From Desulfosudaceae bacterium (GTDB lineage: Bacteria > Desulfobacterota > Desulfobacteria > Desulfobacterales > Desulfosudaceae): a stretch of 64,000 bases of DNA. The notes beneath the pieces are model-generated. The model did not search any database. It saw only the letters and a program-made list of their open reading frames with translations, and was not told where the DNA came from. Position 1 is the stretch's first letter. Each line of letters opens with the position of its first letter. A program made the position numbers and the translations under genes. Shown in pieces: positions 8,432-18,312 of this stretch. The stretch is from contig CAXXDV010000003.1 in NCBI GenBank assembly GCA_963674745.2, positions 1,216,001 to 1,280,000 on the forward strand. The letters are read 5' to 3'.

Positions 8432-10387
8432 TCATTCATACCGCAACGCATCAACCGGATTGAAACCGGCCGCCTTTTGCGCCGGCCAGAGCCCGAATCC
8501 GATACCTACGGCAATGGAAAAGGTTGTCGCCAGGACGACGCTGGCCGGCGAGACCATGGTCGTCCAGCCGGCAAAAGTTGAAAGTCCGGTCGCAATACCC
8601 ACGCCCAGCAGTGTTCCAAGAAGCCCTCCACAGAAGGTCATGACAATGGATTCGATCAGAAACTGCACCATGATATCACGTGAGCGGGCGCCGATGGCAA
8701 TTCGGAGACCGATCTCCCGGGTTCGTTCCGTCACCGACACCAGCATGATATTCATGATGCCGATACCACCTACCAGCAGTGATATGGCCGCGATGGCCCC
8801 CAGTAAAATCCCCATGGTCCGGGTCGTGCTCCCCAGGGTCTCCTGGATCTCACTCAGATCCCGTATGTCGAATGTATCCTCCTGGTTTTTTGAAAGCCGT
8901 TGCCTGGTCCGAAGAAGGGACCGGATCGCCTCTTGAGCGGCCGGCATGGAGTCCTGGTCGACAACTTCCGCGTACATGGCATCGATATATTTTTTTCCCA
9001 GCACCCGGTACATGGCGGTCGTCACCGGCATCACCACGACATCGTCATTGTCCCGCCAGGCATTCGAGCCTTTTTGCGGCAGAACGCCAATGACGGTGAA
9101 GTTAATACGGTTGAATTTAACTGTTTTACCGATAGGGCTTTCCTGTCCGAAAAGTTCTTTGGCCACTGTCAGTCCGATTAACAGGACCTTGTCCCTCTGC
9201 CGGAGTTCTGTTTTGGTAAACCACCGGCCGATGGTGGGCATGGAGGCCCGCATGACACCGTAATCATATCCCACGCCTTCGACACGCGTGTTCCAGTTTT
9301 TATCCTTATACACCACCTGCCCGCTGCCGCCGACCATGCCGGCAGTGTATCGGAGCAGGTGCAGTTGCTTTACGGCTGTGACGTCGGCATCGGTGAACCG
9401 GGCGATATCGCCTCCGGCCGTGTGGATGCCGTGCATGCGTGGGGAGCCGGGCCGGATGGCCAGCAGATTGGAACCCAGGGATTTCAGACTTTCTTCAATG
9501 GATGTCTTGGCCCCGCGACCCAGGGCAAGCATGGCGATGACCGCCGCAACCCCGATGAGGATACCCAGGATAGACAGAAAAGACCGCATTTTGTGGGCGA
9601 ATACCGATGAAAAAGCCTGGCGAAGATGATCGGTAAAGGCAATACGGCCTATTTTAGGGGCGGACATGTCAAACATTTCAGTCCGTTCACCTTCCCCGGG
9701 AAAGGGGTTGGTGTTCTTTCTCGTTTCATCGGCAATGATCTCACCATCCCGCATATGGATTACCCGATCGGCATAATCTGCTACTTCTTTTTCATGGGTG
9801 ACCATTATGATGGTTTTGCCCTCCCGGTTCAGCTGCTTCAGAACATCCATGATATCGGCTTCGCTTTTTGTGTCCAGGTTTCCGGTGGGCTCGTCGGCAA
9901 AAATAATGGCCGGATCGTTGATCAGCGCCCGGGCGATGGCAACCCGCTGTTGCTCACCGCCGGACATCTCACCCGGCCTGTGATGCGCTCTTTGGGCCAG
10001 CCCTACCTGTGAAAGGCGTTCCAGGGCGAGCTCTTTCAGACCCCGCTTGCCGGCATAAATCAATGGCAGTTCTACGTTATCAACGGCTGAAGATCTTTGC
10101 AGTAAATGAAACTGCTGAAACACGAATCCGGCCAGATGGTTTCTGAGGGCAGCCAGGGTGTCGCTGTCCAGTCGGGTGACATCCTTGCCGAACAGGGTGT
10201 AAGTGCCGCTGTCGGGCCTGTCCAGCAGGCCCAGTGTGTGCATCAGGGTCGATTTCCCGGAACCGGAGGGCCCCATGATGGCGATAAATTCACCCGCTTC
10301 AATGGTCAGGGAAACATTTCGCAGGGCATGTACTTTGACATCACCGGTGCGATAAACCCGGGAGAGATTCTCAATCGCGATAATCAT
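8432..10387 (-). CDS. macB: MacB-type ABC exporter (fused ATPase-permease)
   Basis: GPSGSGKST, MSGGEQQRVAIARAL, ADEPTGNLD, RSFLSILGILIGVAAV, GGIGIMNIMLVSVTERTREIG, PVDALRYE. Confidence 0.9.
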   Translation of the reverse strand: MIIAIENLSRVYRTGDVKVHALRNVSLTIEAGEFIAIMGPSGSGKSTLMHTLGLLDRPDSGTYTLFGKDVTRLDSDTLAALRNHLAGFVFQQFHLLQRSSAVDNVELPLIYAGKRGLKELALERLSQVGLAQRAHHRPGEMSGGEQQRVAIARALINDPAIIFADEPTGNLDTKSEADIMDVLKQLNREGKTIIMVTHEKEVADYADRVIHMRDGEIIADETRKNTNPFPGEGERTEMFDMSAPKIGRIAFTDHLRQAFSSVFAHKMRSFLSILGILIGVAAVIAMLALGRGAKTSIEESLKSLGSNLLAIRPGSPRMHGIHTAGGDIARFTDADVTAVKQLHLLRYTAGMVGGSGQVVYKDKNWNTRVEGVGYDYGVMRASMPTIGRWFTKTELRQRDKVLLIGLTVAKELFGQESPIGKTVKFNRINFTVIGVLPQKGSNAWRDNDDVVVMPVTTAMYRVLGKKYIDAMYAEVVDQDSMPAAQEAIRSLLRTRQRLSKNQEDTFDIRDLSEIQETLGSTTRTMGILLGAIAAISLLVGGIGIMNIMLVSVTERTREIGLRIAIGARSRDIMVQFLIESIVMTFCGGLLGTLLGVGIATGLSTFAGWTTMVSPASVVLATTFSIAVGIGFGLWPAQKAAGFNPVDALRYE

Positions 10388-11361
10388 TTTTTCTTTTTCT
10401 TGGAGCCAAACGGTAAAAACGGATTACTGCCGGTTTTGTCCTCAGGGACGACGTATTTCTGGCGTTTCACGATGACGATCGTATTTTCATCGATACCGTC
10501 GACAATCTCGACCCGGTCGGTATTGGAAAGGCCGATGGTGACTTCTGTTTCAACCGGCTGGGCGGTGTCGGCCTGTTTTGTCAAGACACTTTTTTTACCA
10601 TTATGTTCGATCAGGGCTTCGACGGGAATCAGTAACACGTTTTCTTTACGTCTAACCGTGATGTCCACATTGGCACTCATTCCGGAACGGAAATAATCGG
10701 GTATGAATTCCGGAAAAACGTCGACCTGATAGACGGTCACATTATTGGTAATTGTTGATTCATAGGCGATATGCTCGACAACACCGGGGAGCTGGTTTTC
10801 CGGATAAGCGTCCAGGGCAATTACCGCTTTCTGTTCGGGCTTGACCAGGCCGATATCGGTTTCATCCACCTGGGCTTTGACAATCAACCGGTCGGAGAGT
10901 ACGATTACCGCGTTTGAAGTGGTTATCGTCTGTCCCGGTTCAACCGACCGGACAATCACTTCTCCGTTTATGGGGGAAATCAGGGAAGTTGCTTTATAGA
11001 CATTCTCCCAGTAATCCATAACCGATTCCCCCTGTCCCCGGGCGGCGTCGAGCAAGGCCGCCCGTTCCGTGGAACTCATGCGGGCCACGATCTGCCCCTT
11101 CTTGACCTGATCACCTTCCTTGACCAGCAATTCTTCAATCCGTCCGTTGATGGCCGGCTTGACTTCAAGACGGTTTTTCGGCTCTACAATCCCGGTGGTG
11201 GAAATCGAAACCTCCATATCACCGGGGACCGGGTGAATTTCTTCCATGATGAAGTCGGCTGACGGATTTTTTTCGTTCCTGTATCGACTGTACCAGATAC
11301 CGGCGCCAATAATGATAACGATCAGAACGAGATAGACAATTTTATTTTTTTTCAAGATCAT
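10384..11361 (-). CDS. macA: MacA-type periplasmic adaptor (membrane fusion protein)
   Basis: N-terminal TM segment, lipoyl-like GRIEELLVKEGDQVKKGQ, VDETDIGLVK, GMSANVDI. Confidence 0.85.
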   Translation of the reverse strand: MILKKNKIVYLVLIVIIIGAGIWYSRYRNEKNPSADFIMEEIHPVPGDMEVSISTTGIVEPKNRLEVKPAINGRIEELLVKEGDQVKKGQIVARMSSTERAALLDAARGQGESVMDYWENVYKATSLISPINGEVIVRSVEPGQTITTSNAVIVLSDRLIVKAQVDETDIGLVKPEQKAVIALDAYPENQLPGVVEHIAYESTITNNVTVYQVDVFPEFIPDYFRSGMSANVDITVRRKENVLLIPVEALIEHNGKKSVLTKQADTAQPVETEVTIGLSNTDRVEIVDGIDENTIVIVKRQKYVVPEDKTGSNPFLPFGSKKKKK

Positions 11362-12667
11362 ATTCCAGTGTTTCTCCCATCGCCTGAATCCAGTAAGCGT
11401 GAGCGGTCAGCGCTTCCGTCAGGTAGGACAGCCAGGTTTTCCGGTCTCTCTCCAGATCATCTTCAATAATGGCCCAGTTATCAAAGGAGATCAATCCGTT
11501 TGAATATTCAACCTGTGTGATTCTGGCCCGCTCTTCCGATGCTTTTAAAAAGGCCTCGCCGACAGCGACCCGGTCGACGGCATCCTGAAGATCGGACCAG
11601 CCTGTAAACAGGGTGTAAAGTACTTCATGGTAGCCGCTCTTTTCTTCGGCCAGGGCCTGTCTCAGCCCGGAGTCCGCCTTTTTGAGTGCTGCAAATCGGC
11701 TGCCGCCCTCAAACAGAGGGATGGATAGAGAAAGGCCGGCCGACCACCTGTCCCGTTCCGGCGGCCAGTCCGAATCGCTCCTGCCGGCCGACGCTTCGGC
11801 GTAAATCTGAGGGAAAAAATCGGATTTCGCGATGTCTTTTTCTGACCGGGCAATATCCTTTTGCGCCACCAGTTCTTGTAAAAACGGTGTCTCATGGGCC
11901 AGTTTTTCAAAGTCCGGGATGCCGGAACCGATTTCCGGCAATGTCATGTCTCCGACAATAGAGATCGACTCTCCGGTACTTCGGCCCAGCTCCCTGGCCA
12001 GACGCCAGCGGGCCAGTTCAATAGCCCGCCTGGAAGATTGAATTTCATATTCGGCCTGGGCCAGGTTGGCCCTGGCGGACAGCAACGATCCCCGGTGTTC
12101 CCGGCCGGCTTCGTAGCGGAGTTCGACCAGCCCCAGGTTCTGCTTCCGTCTTTCGGCGATTTCTTCTGTAATGGAGAGCAGCTTGCGGGCCTGAAGCAGT
12201 TTGATGAAGGCGACGCGAAGATCCAGTCGTATGCGTGATGAAACCAAATCGTAAGCAAACTGCCCGGCGGTTACGGCCGTCCGGGATGAGGCGAGCTGGT
12301 TGGCTGTCCGGCTGCCGTCATAAAGCAGTTGCCGGCCGCTGATGCTGTACCCGTGAGAACTGGTGGCGGGTTGGTCGTCACTGTCGCTGCGGCTGCTGTT
12401 AATAGAAGCGCTGACCTGGGGCAGGGCGGCGCTTCGGACGATATCCTCGTTGACCATGGCCTGGTTTAACTGTTCCCTGGCTGAGCGCAGGTCGGGATGG
12501 GAGATTAATGCTTCCCTGACGCACGCTTCCCAGGAAAAAGGCCCTTCTTCCGCGAACAGGAGTTGCCCCGACAACCCGCAGATAAATGGAATCAGGGCTG
12601 TTATCATGATGATACGAAAAAATCCGGCCGGCCGGGCCGGGAAAGTTCCCGGGCAAAAAAGATGCAA
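11342..12667 (-). CDS. TolC family outer membrane efflux protein (start uncertain)
   Basis: AALPQVS, QLLYDG, RYEAG, FFPQIYA, LSIPLFEGG repeats. In an operon with macAB. Confidence 0.88.
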   Translation of the reverse strand: MHLFCPGTFPARPAGFFRIIMITALIPFICGLSGQLLFAEEGPFSWEACVREALISHPDLRSAREQLNQAMVNEDIVRSAALPQVSASINSSRSDSDDQPATSSHGYSISGRQLLYDGSRTANQLASSRTAVTAGQFAYDLVSSRIRLDLRVAFIKLLQARKLLSITEEIAERRKQNLGLVELRYEAGREHRGSLLSARANLAQAEYEIQSSRRAIELARWRLARELGRSTGESISIVGDMTLPEIGSGIPDFEKLAHETPFLQELVAQKDIARSEKDIAKSDFFPQIYAEASAGRSDSDWPPERDRWSAGLSLSIPLFEGGSRFAALKKADSGLRQALAEEKSGYHEVLYTLFTGWSDLQDAVDRVAVGEAFLKASEERARITQVEYSNGLISFDNWAIIEDDLERDRKTWLSYLTEALTAHAYWIQAMGETLEYDLEKK

Positions 12668-12774
12668 AGCAATCCTCTACAGACTTGTTGAAAACGATCC
12701 GTTTTTTCAGCATAATCTCTGTTTTCGGCCAGATTGTCAAGAGTTAAGCCGGAAGGCGCAGGATACAAATTCAT

Positions 12775-12845
12775 GTAGGGGCACGGCGTGCCGTGCCCGA
12801 TTGTAAATTATGTCCATTCAGGGCTCCCCCCTGTGGCTGCCCTTT
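12775..12845. repeat. REP element plus a degenerate second copy
   Basis: GTAGGGGCACGGCGTGCCGTGCCC at 12775-12798 is identical to the 5401 copy. A degenerate agggctccccc-ctgtggctgccct follows. Confidence 0.75.
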
Positions 12846-12944
12846 GATTAAAAAGCATGAAATATCAGGGGCAGGTTTACAACCGAGGCTGATTAAAGTA
12901 AGTTTGAAATTAAAACCAGTGACTTCTTTACAGGATTCCCTTTT

Positions 12945-13916
12945 ATGCCTGTCTCCAACATTGAACGCCTGCGGCAATTCTACAGCCGATTCAAGGCCGG
13001 TGATCGTGTGCTGGTGGTTATTAATGCCGACCCTGATGCCATCGCCAGCGCCATGGCCGTGAAAAGACTGTTATGGAAACGGGTGGCTTCCGTAACCCTG
13101 AGCAACATCAATGTAATCGAACGACCGGATAACCTTGCCATGGTCCGGTTGCTGACGACCGGTTTGGTCCATATCGGCGGGGTCGACATCAATCAGTATG
13201 ATCGTTTCGTGATTGTGGATTCTCAGCCCCACCATCATGAATGGTTTTCTGTTTTTAACCCCGATGTGGTGATCGATCATCACCCGCCGGGAAAAACCCC
13301 GATTACCGGTTATGCCGATATCCGGCCGGAATACGGGGCCACCTGCACCATGATGGTTGAATATCTGAAAGCAGCCAAAATTTCACCCGCCATCAAACTG
13401 GCCACCGCTCTTTACCTGGGCATCAAGGTGGATACCGGTAATTTCGAACGACGTGTGCTGATGGAAGATGTGCGGGCTTTTCAATTCGTCTATCAGCGGG
13501 CCAATGTGTATCTTGCCCGGAGAATCGAGCAGGAGGAGATCAAACGGGATTTTTTAAAATATTTTTCAAGGGCCCTGGATCGTCGAACAATCTCGAATAA
13601 CAGGGTTTTTGCTCACCTGGGGCAGGTGGAAAGCCCGGATGTGTGTGTCATCCTGGCTGATTTTTTCATGCGTGTCAGCGCCATCCGCTGGAGCGTCGTG
13701 TCCGGAGTGCATGGCAGAACACTGGTCGTTATTTTCAGAAACGACGGCATCAGCCGGGATGCCGGCAAAACAGCCGCAAAACTGTTCGGGTCCATGGGGG
13801 CTGCCGGCGGGCACAAGGGAATGGCCCGGGCCGAAGTCGACCTGGGGGTGTTTTCAAACAAAACAGGCGTTAAAAGCGGACAGGAGATTCAGGAGTGGAT
13901 AGCGGATCATTTTTAA
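12945..13916 (+). CDS. DHH family phosphoesterase (NrnA/exopolyphosphatase-like)
   Basis: ADPDAIASA, IVDSQ, VIDHH, GIKVDTG, AGGH motifs. Confidence 0.88.
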   Translation: MPVSNIERLRQFYSRFKAGDRVLVVINADPDAIASAMAVKRLLWKRVASVTLSNINVIERPDNLAMVRLLTTGLVHIGGVDINQYDRFVIVDSQPHHHEWFSVFNPDVVIDHHPPGKTPITGYADIRPEYGATCTMMVEYLKAAKISPAIKLATALYLGIKVDTGNFERRVLMEDVRAFQFVYQRANVYLARRIEQEEIKRDFLKYFSRALDRRTISNNRVFAHLGQVESPDVCVILADFFMRVSAIRWSVVSGVHGRTLVVIFRNDGISRDAGKTAAKLFGSMGAAGGHKGMARAEVDLGVFSNKTGVKSGQEIQEWIADHF

Positions 13917-13993
13917 AGACACCATTAATTCTTAATACTTCATAACGATGTGCGGTTGCCGCAATATTCAATAAACATGATGAGGAGGAGACC

Positions 13994-14941
13994 ATGGCCT
14001 ATGTTTACGATTATGTCTGTGCAGGATTGACTATCCTTGATATTCTGGGCCGGCATATTGAAAAAATTCCGGAAGGCGGCGCCACGGAAATTATTGACCA
14101 GATACGGATTACCCCGGCCGGAACGGCTGCCGGTCCTGCGGTGATCGGTTCCCGGTACGGACTGAAAACCGCCCTTGTGGGTGCTATCGGTAAAGATGAC
14201 ATGGGGCAGATCCTGGAAAGCATGCTCGAGGCAGCTAATGTGGATACGGCTTTGCTTCAGCACCGTGACGACATGCCCACTTCCGCAACCATGCTGGCGG
14301 TGACGCCCCGGGGGCAACGGCCCAATTTTCATGCTATCGGCGCCTCGGTAATGCTGGAGCTTGATGAAGCCCGGAAGAACGCCATTGTCAACAGTCGCTT
14401 TGTTCACTGGGGTGGTGTCGGTACCATGCTTCTTCTGGATGGCGGTCCCGGCGTCGAGGTTCTAAAAGCTGCCCGGGAAAACGGGGCCACGGTAACCTGT
14501 GATTTTATCGCACCCGGACCTGAAATAATGGATGCCTTGAAACTGGTAATGCCGCATGTGAACTATTTTATGCCCAGCCTGGAAGAAGCCATGGCGGTGG
14601 CGCAAACCAGCGGCCCGGAAGACACGGGCCGGTTTTTCATCGATATGGGGGCAGATGCCTGCGTGATCAAGTCCGGCGCACGGGGTTCTTTTTTGATTAC
14701 CCGAAAAGACCGGATACATATTCCGGCACTGGCGGTTGATGTGGTGGATACAACCGGTTGCGGGGATGCCTACTGTGCGGGATTTGCGGCCGGTCTGGCA
14801 CAGGGGTGGACACCGGAAAAAGCCTGTCGGTTCGCGTCGGCAACCGCCGCTCTGGTCGCAACGGGATTGGGCAGTGATGCCGGCGTAACGGATTTTGAGG
14901 CAACCCTGTCGGCCATGGAGAATTTAAAGCCGCTTGATTGA
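13994..14941 (+). CDS. PfkB family carbohydrate kinase
   Basis: AGTAAG...VGAIGKDDMG and VVDTTGCGDAYCAGF PfkB signatures. RBS GAGGAG. Confidence 0.9.
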   Translation: MAYVYDYVCAGLTILDILGRHIEKIPEGGATEIIDQIRITPAGTAAGPAVIGSRYGLKTALVGAIGKDDMGQILESMLEAANVDTALLQHRDDMPTSATMLAVTPRGQRPNFHAIGASVMLELDEARKNAIVNSRFVHWGGVGTMLLLDGGPGVEVLKAARENGATVTCDFIAPGPEIMDALKLVMPHVNYFMPSLEEAMAVAQTSGPEDTGRFFIDMGADACVIKSGARGSFLITRKDRIHIPALAVDVVDTTGCGDAYCAGFAAGLAQGWTPEKACRFASATAALVATGLGSDAGVTDFEATLSAMENLKPLD

Positions 14942-15613
14942 TTACGGGGCTGCCTTTTGCTGCTCTTCTGCCAGCAGGGCGGCCAGCAGGGTCTGCGTAT
15001 CCTCCGGCAGTTCGTTGACAGGCAATCCGGTGGCCAGCGCCCGGTAATAAATTTCCGCCGCCTTTTCCAAAAGAGCGGCGTTACGTATGGCTTTGACCAC
15101 ATCCGTCCCCAGGCTGAGCGCTCCGTGGTTTTGGAGAATATAGCAATTGGCATGGTTGCTTAACAGGGGTGCCAGGTTTTCGATGAGTTGCGGGCTGCCG
15201 GAAAAACCATATGGCACGACTTCTACCCGGTTACCGATAAAAAGGGATACTTCGTCAAACAGGGCCGGGATGGGCCGGTTAATCAGCGCGAAAATACTGG
15301 CAAACCGCTGATGGGTGTGGGCCACAGCCTTCACGTCCGGCCTCCGGCGATAGACCTGTAAGTGCATGCCGGCTTCGATCGACGCCTTTTTGCTGTTCTC
15401 AACCAGGGGAGACAGGTCCGGGCCTAGCACACAGATATCCCTGGACGTCATGTCCTGATATGGTGTCTGAGAAGGCGTAATCGCCAGGCCGTCCGTCTTA
15501 CCGACGCGGACCGAGACATTCCCGCCGGTCTCCTGCGCCAGCAGCCCCATCTCCACCAAAGACCGAACCCCTTTGATAACCGCTGATTGATAAGATTCAA
15601 ATGGATGTGACAT
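14942..15613 (-). CDS. Class II aldolase/adducin family protein (fuculose-phosphate aldolase-like)
   Basis: GGNVSVR, ITPS, SIEAGMH, AVAHTH, LQNHG. Confidence 0.88.
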   Translation of the reverse strand: MSHPFESYQSAVIKGVRSLVEMGLLAQETGGNVSVRVGKTDGLAITPSQTPYQDMTSRDICVLGPDLSPLVENSKKASIEAGMHLQVYRRRPDVKAVAHTHQRFASIFALINRPIPALFDEVSLFIGNRVEVVPYGFSGSPQLIENLAPLLSNHANCYILQNHGALSLGTDVVKAIRNAALLEKAAEIYYRALATGLPVNELPEDTQTLLAALLAEEQQKAAP

Positions 15614-15614
15614 A

Positions 15615-17555
15615 TTATTCTGATCCGCTTCCCCTGTTGAATACTTTATTTAAAACCGCGGCCACCTGGCCCGTTGTAAAGGGCTTTGGTAAGACCCCGG
15701 AAAACCCGTAATCTTTATAATTGGCCAGGATGGGATCATTTGAATATCCGCTGGAGACAATGGCTTTGACGGCCGGGTCAATTTTTAACAATTCGGGTAT
15801 GACCCTGGCGCCGCCCAGTCCTCCCGGAACGGTCAAATCCAGGATGACCAGGTCAAACGGTTCCCCGGAGCGGTGTGCCTGACGATACTGCTCAATGGCT
15901 TCGGTACCGTCTTTTACAGCCATGGTTTCGTATCCCATCTGTTCCAGTATGGTGGTCGATATTTTCAGGATCTGCTCATGATCATCCATGACCAGTACTT
16001 TTCCTGTTCCCTGATGCGCCGTGTTTTCGTTACAGGTGTTTTGGCTTGTTTCGTCGCAGGCCGGCAGAAAAAGCGTCATGACAGTTCCTTCGTTTACTTT
16101 TGAACGGGCATTGATGTGTCCGCCGTGCCTTTTGATTATTGAAAATGTGGAGGCCAGCCCCAGGCCGCTTCCTTGCTGTTTGGTCGTGAAATAGGGGTCA
16201 AATATTTTTGAAAGATGTTTTTCCAGAATACCGACACCCTTGTCTTCAATTTCTATTTTGATAAACCTGCCGTCAGGTAAAGGCAGGCCGGCGTTTGCAA
16301 CAATCCTTATGTTCGCCGTTCTGATTTTGATCGTACCGCTCTCGGGCATTGCCTGGCAGGCATTTAAGACAAGATTGCCTATGGCCTGATTGATCTGCCC
16401 CGGATCGATGTCAGCCGGCCATAAGTCTCTGGCAAGTTCAAAAACACAGGTCGACCCGGACCCACTGGTGACAAAGCGGGCTGTCTCTTTAATGAGTTGA
16501 TTGAGGTCCGTTGACTGTTTAACGGGCTCGCCGCCCCTGGCAAAGGTCAACAGCTGCTGGGTCAGGCCCTGGGCCTGCAAGGCACCGGTCTGTATACCCG
16601 TCAGTATCTCGTACAGCGGGTCCATTTTGTCGAGCTTGTCCCGGGCCAGGGACGTGTTGCCGATAATAACACCGAGCATGTTGTTGAAATCGTGAGCAAT
16701 GCCTCCGGCCAGCGTGCCGATGGCCTCCAGTTTTTGAATCTGAAGCCGCTGGGCTTCCAGTTCTTCTTTCTGTTTTTGAACCCTGGTGACTTCTGTAATA
16801 TCGCGAACAATGCCGCTGATAACGGTCACCTTTCCGTTTTGTCGCTCCAGGGGCACTTGAACCGTGTGAAAAACGTATTCGTTGGCCCCCATTTTGAGGG
16901 TTCTGATTTCGTTGACTTCCTCCCCGTTAAAGGTTTTGTCATCGACTTCTTTGACAACTTCAGCGAATTCGGGATTAAATAACTGTTCGGGTGTTTTACC
17001 GATTATCTCCGCCTCATTCAGACCGAACAGTTTCGCCATGGCGGGATTGACAAAGGTATATTGCCTTTTGTCATTTTTAATGAAAATGAAATCCTGGGCG
17101 GCTTTTGTGACCGTCTCATATCGATGTTCGCTGGCCTGAAGCGATTGTCGCATCTGCTTCCGGTCGGTGATGTCCCTGCCGACCGCAATATATTTTTCAC
17201 CGTTACCGGTATCCCATACTTTCCAGTCAATCCAGCGTATTTCACCATTTTTACAACGGTAGCGGTTTTCGATTTCAATCAGTTTTTTTCCCGCAGAAGC
17301 GCTGAGCAGAGCGCTTTTTGTCCGCTCTAGGTCATCCTCATGCACGAAATGGAGGAACGGTTTACTGCAGAATTCTTCCGGCGTATAACCCAGAATTTTT
17401 TCAAAGGAATCGTTGATCTTTTCAAAATAGCCTTCCAGGTTAGCCGAACCGATCATATCCGGTGAAAGGTCGAAAATCTGCTGGAGCTCTCCGGCCAGTT
17501 TTTCGTTCGCTTGAACAATAGCGGTTAATTCTTCGTAGGTCGGTTTGTCATTCAT
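15615..17555 (-). CDS. Hybrid sensor histidine kinase/response regulator with two PAS domains
   Basis: Two PAS/PAC units ending GRDITDR and VRDITE, H-box LAGGIAHDFNN, FDPYFTTK..GSGLGL, receiver LVMDD...LDLTVP...KPF. Start placed at MNDKPTYEEL. Confidence 0.92.
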   Translation of the reverse strand: MNDKPTYEELTAIVQANEKLAGELQQIFDLSPDMIGSANLEGYFEKINDSFEKILGYTPEEFCSKPFLHFVHEDDLERTKSALLSASAGKKLIEIENRYRCKNGEIRWIDWKVWDTGNGEKYIAVGRDITDRKQMRQSLQASEHRYETVTKAAQDFIFIKNDKRQYTFVNPAMAKLFGLNEAEIIGKTPEQLFNPEFAEVVKEVDDKTFNGEEVNEIRTLKMGANEYVFHTVQVPLERQNGKVTVISGIVRDITEVTRVQKQKEELEAQRLQIQKLEAIGTLAGGIAHDFNNMLGVIIGNTSLARDKLDKMDPLYEILTGIQTGALQAQGLTQQLLTFARGGEPVKQSTDLNQLIKETARFVTSGSGSTCVFELARDLWPADIDPGQINQAIGNLVLNACQAMPESGTIKIRTANIRIVANAGLPLPDGRFIKIEIEDKGVGILEKHLSKIFDPYFTTKQQGSGLGLASTFSIIKRHGGHINARSKVNEGTVMTLFLPACDETSQNTCNENTAHQGTGKVLVMDDHEQILKISTTILEQMGYETMAVKDGTEAIEQYRQAHRSGEPFDLVILDLTVPGGLGGARVIPELLKIDPAVKAIVSSGYSNDPILANYKDYGFSGVLPKPFTTGQVAAVLNKVFNRGSGSE

Positions 17556-18036
17556 TTTTATTTCCTTCGCCGCCGCCATACAGAATGGCTTCCAGCTCCC
17601 TGGTTTTCGGGCGGAAATAGATCATGGAGATGGCGCTGATAAACATGAACGAATACAACAGTTGAAAGTCCTGGCATAAAAAAAACAACACTAGCCCGTA
17701 AATACCGACACTCTCGCAAATAGCGCAGGAGATCAAAACAATAACGGTATATTTTCCGGCGGCCTGGCTGATGTCCGCCTGTTTTCGGCCAGCCATTTTT
17801 AACATAAACCATCTGAGGAAAAAGGCGATAACCACTTCAGTGACGCCAACCGCAAACAGGATATTGGTAAAAAGCGCCAGAGGGAAATCAGGTCCCAGTG
17901 TGTTTGAATCCAACTGGTCCATTACCAAATGGGCCATAATGATATACATCAGCAATGAAAAAAACATGGCACCCCAGATGATCCAGGTCATGACCATTTT
18001 TTTTGCCAGTTCTTGTTTTTCTTCCATGGTTGCCAT
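17548..18036 (-). CDS. Hypothetical membrane protein (about 4 TM helices)
   Basis: Four hydrophobic segments and a CAICESVGIYGLVLF motif. Overlaps the kinase start. Confidence 0.7.
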   Translation of the reverse strand: MATMEEKQELAKKMVMTWIIWGAMFFSLLMYIIMAHLVMDQLDSNTLGPDFPLALFTNILFAVGVTEVVIAFFLRWFMLKMAGRKQADISQAAGKYTVIVLISCAICESVGIYGLVLFFLCQDFQLLYSFMFISAISMIYFRPKTRELEAILYGGGEGNKNE

Positions 18037-18210
18037 AATTGCCTCCCATTGACTTCGGTTATCAAAAAGCCGTGTTGTTTTTTTTGGGTGGGGTTTAATG
18101 ACATTCTGGGCAAAATCCGGCAGGCTGTCAATAAGATTACCGGATTTTTACGTGTTGATTGAGGCCATGACCGCATGGCCGCTTCTGCTGAGCGCAGGAC
18201 ATTAACTCAC

Positions 18211-18266
18211 GCAGGGGCATCCACAGGGGGGCGCCCTGTTATGGGGCGACCGCGGGTCGTCCCTAC
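18211..18266. repeat. Degenerate REP doublet
   Basis: gcaggggcatccacaggggggcgccct...ggggcgaccgcgggtcgtccctac. Confidence 0.6.
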
Positions 18267-18312
18267 ACCATTGGCGAGGGGTCTGCAGCACTCCAGGAGC
18301 GTCCAGGGTGAA

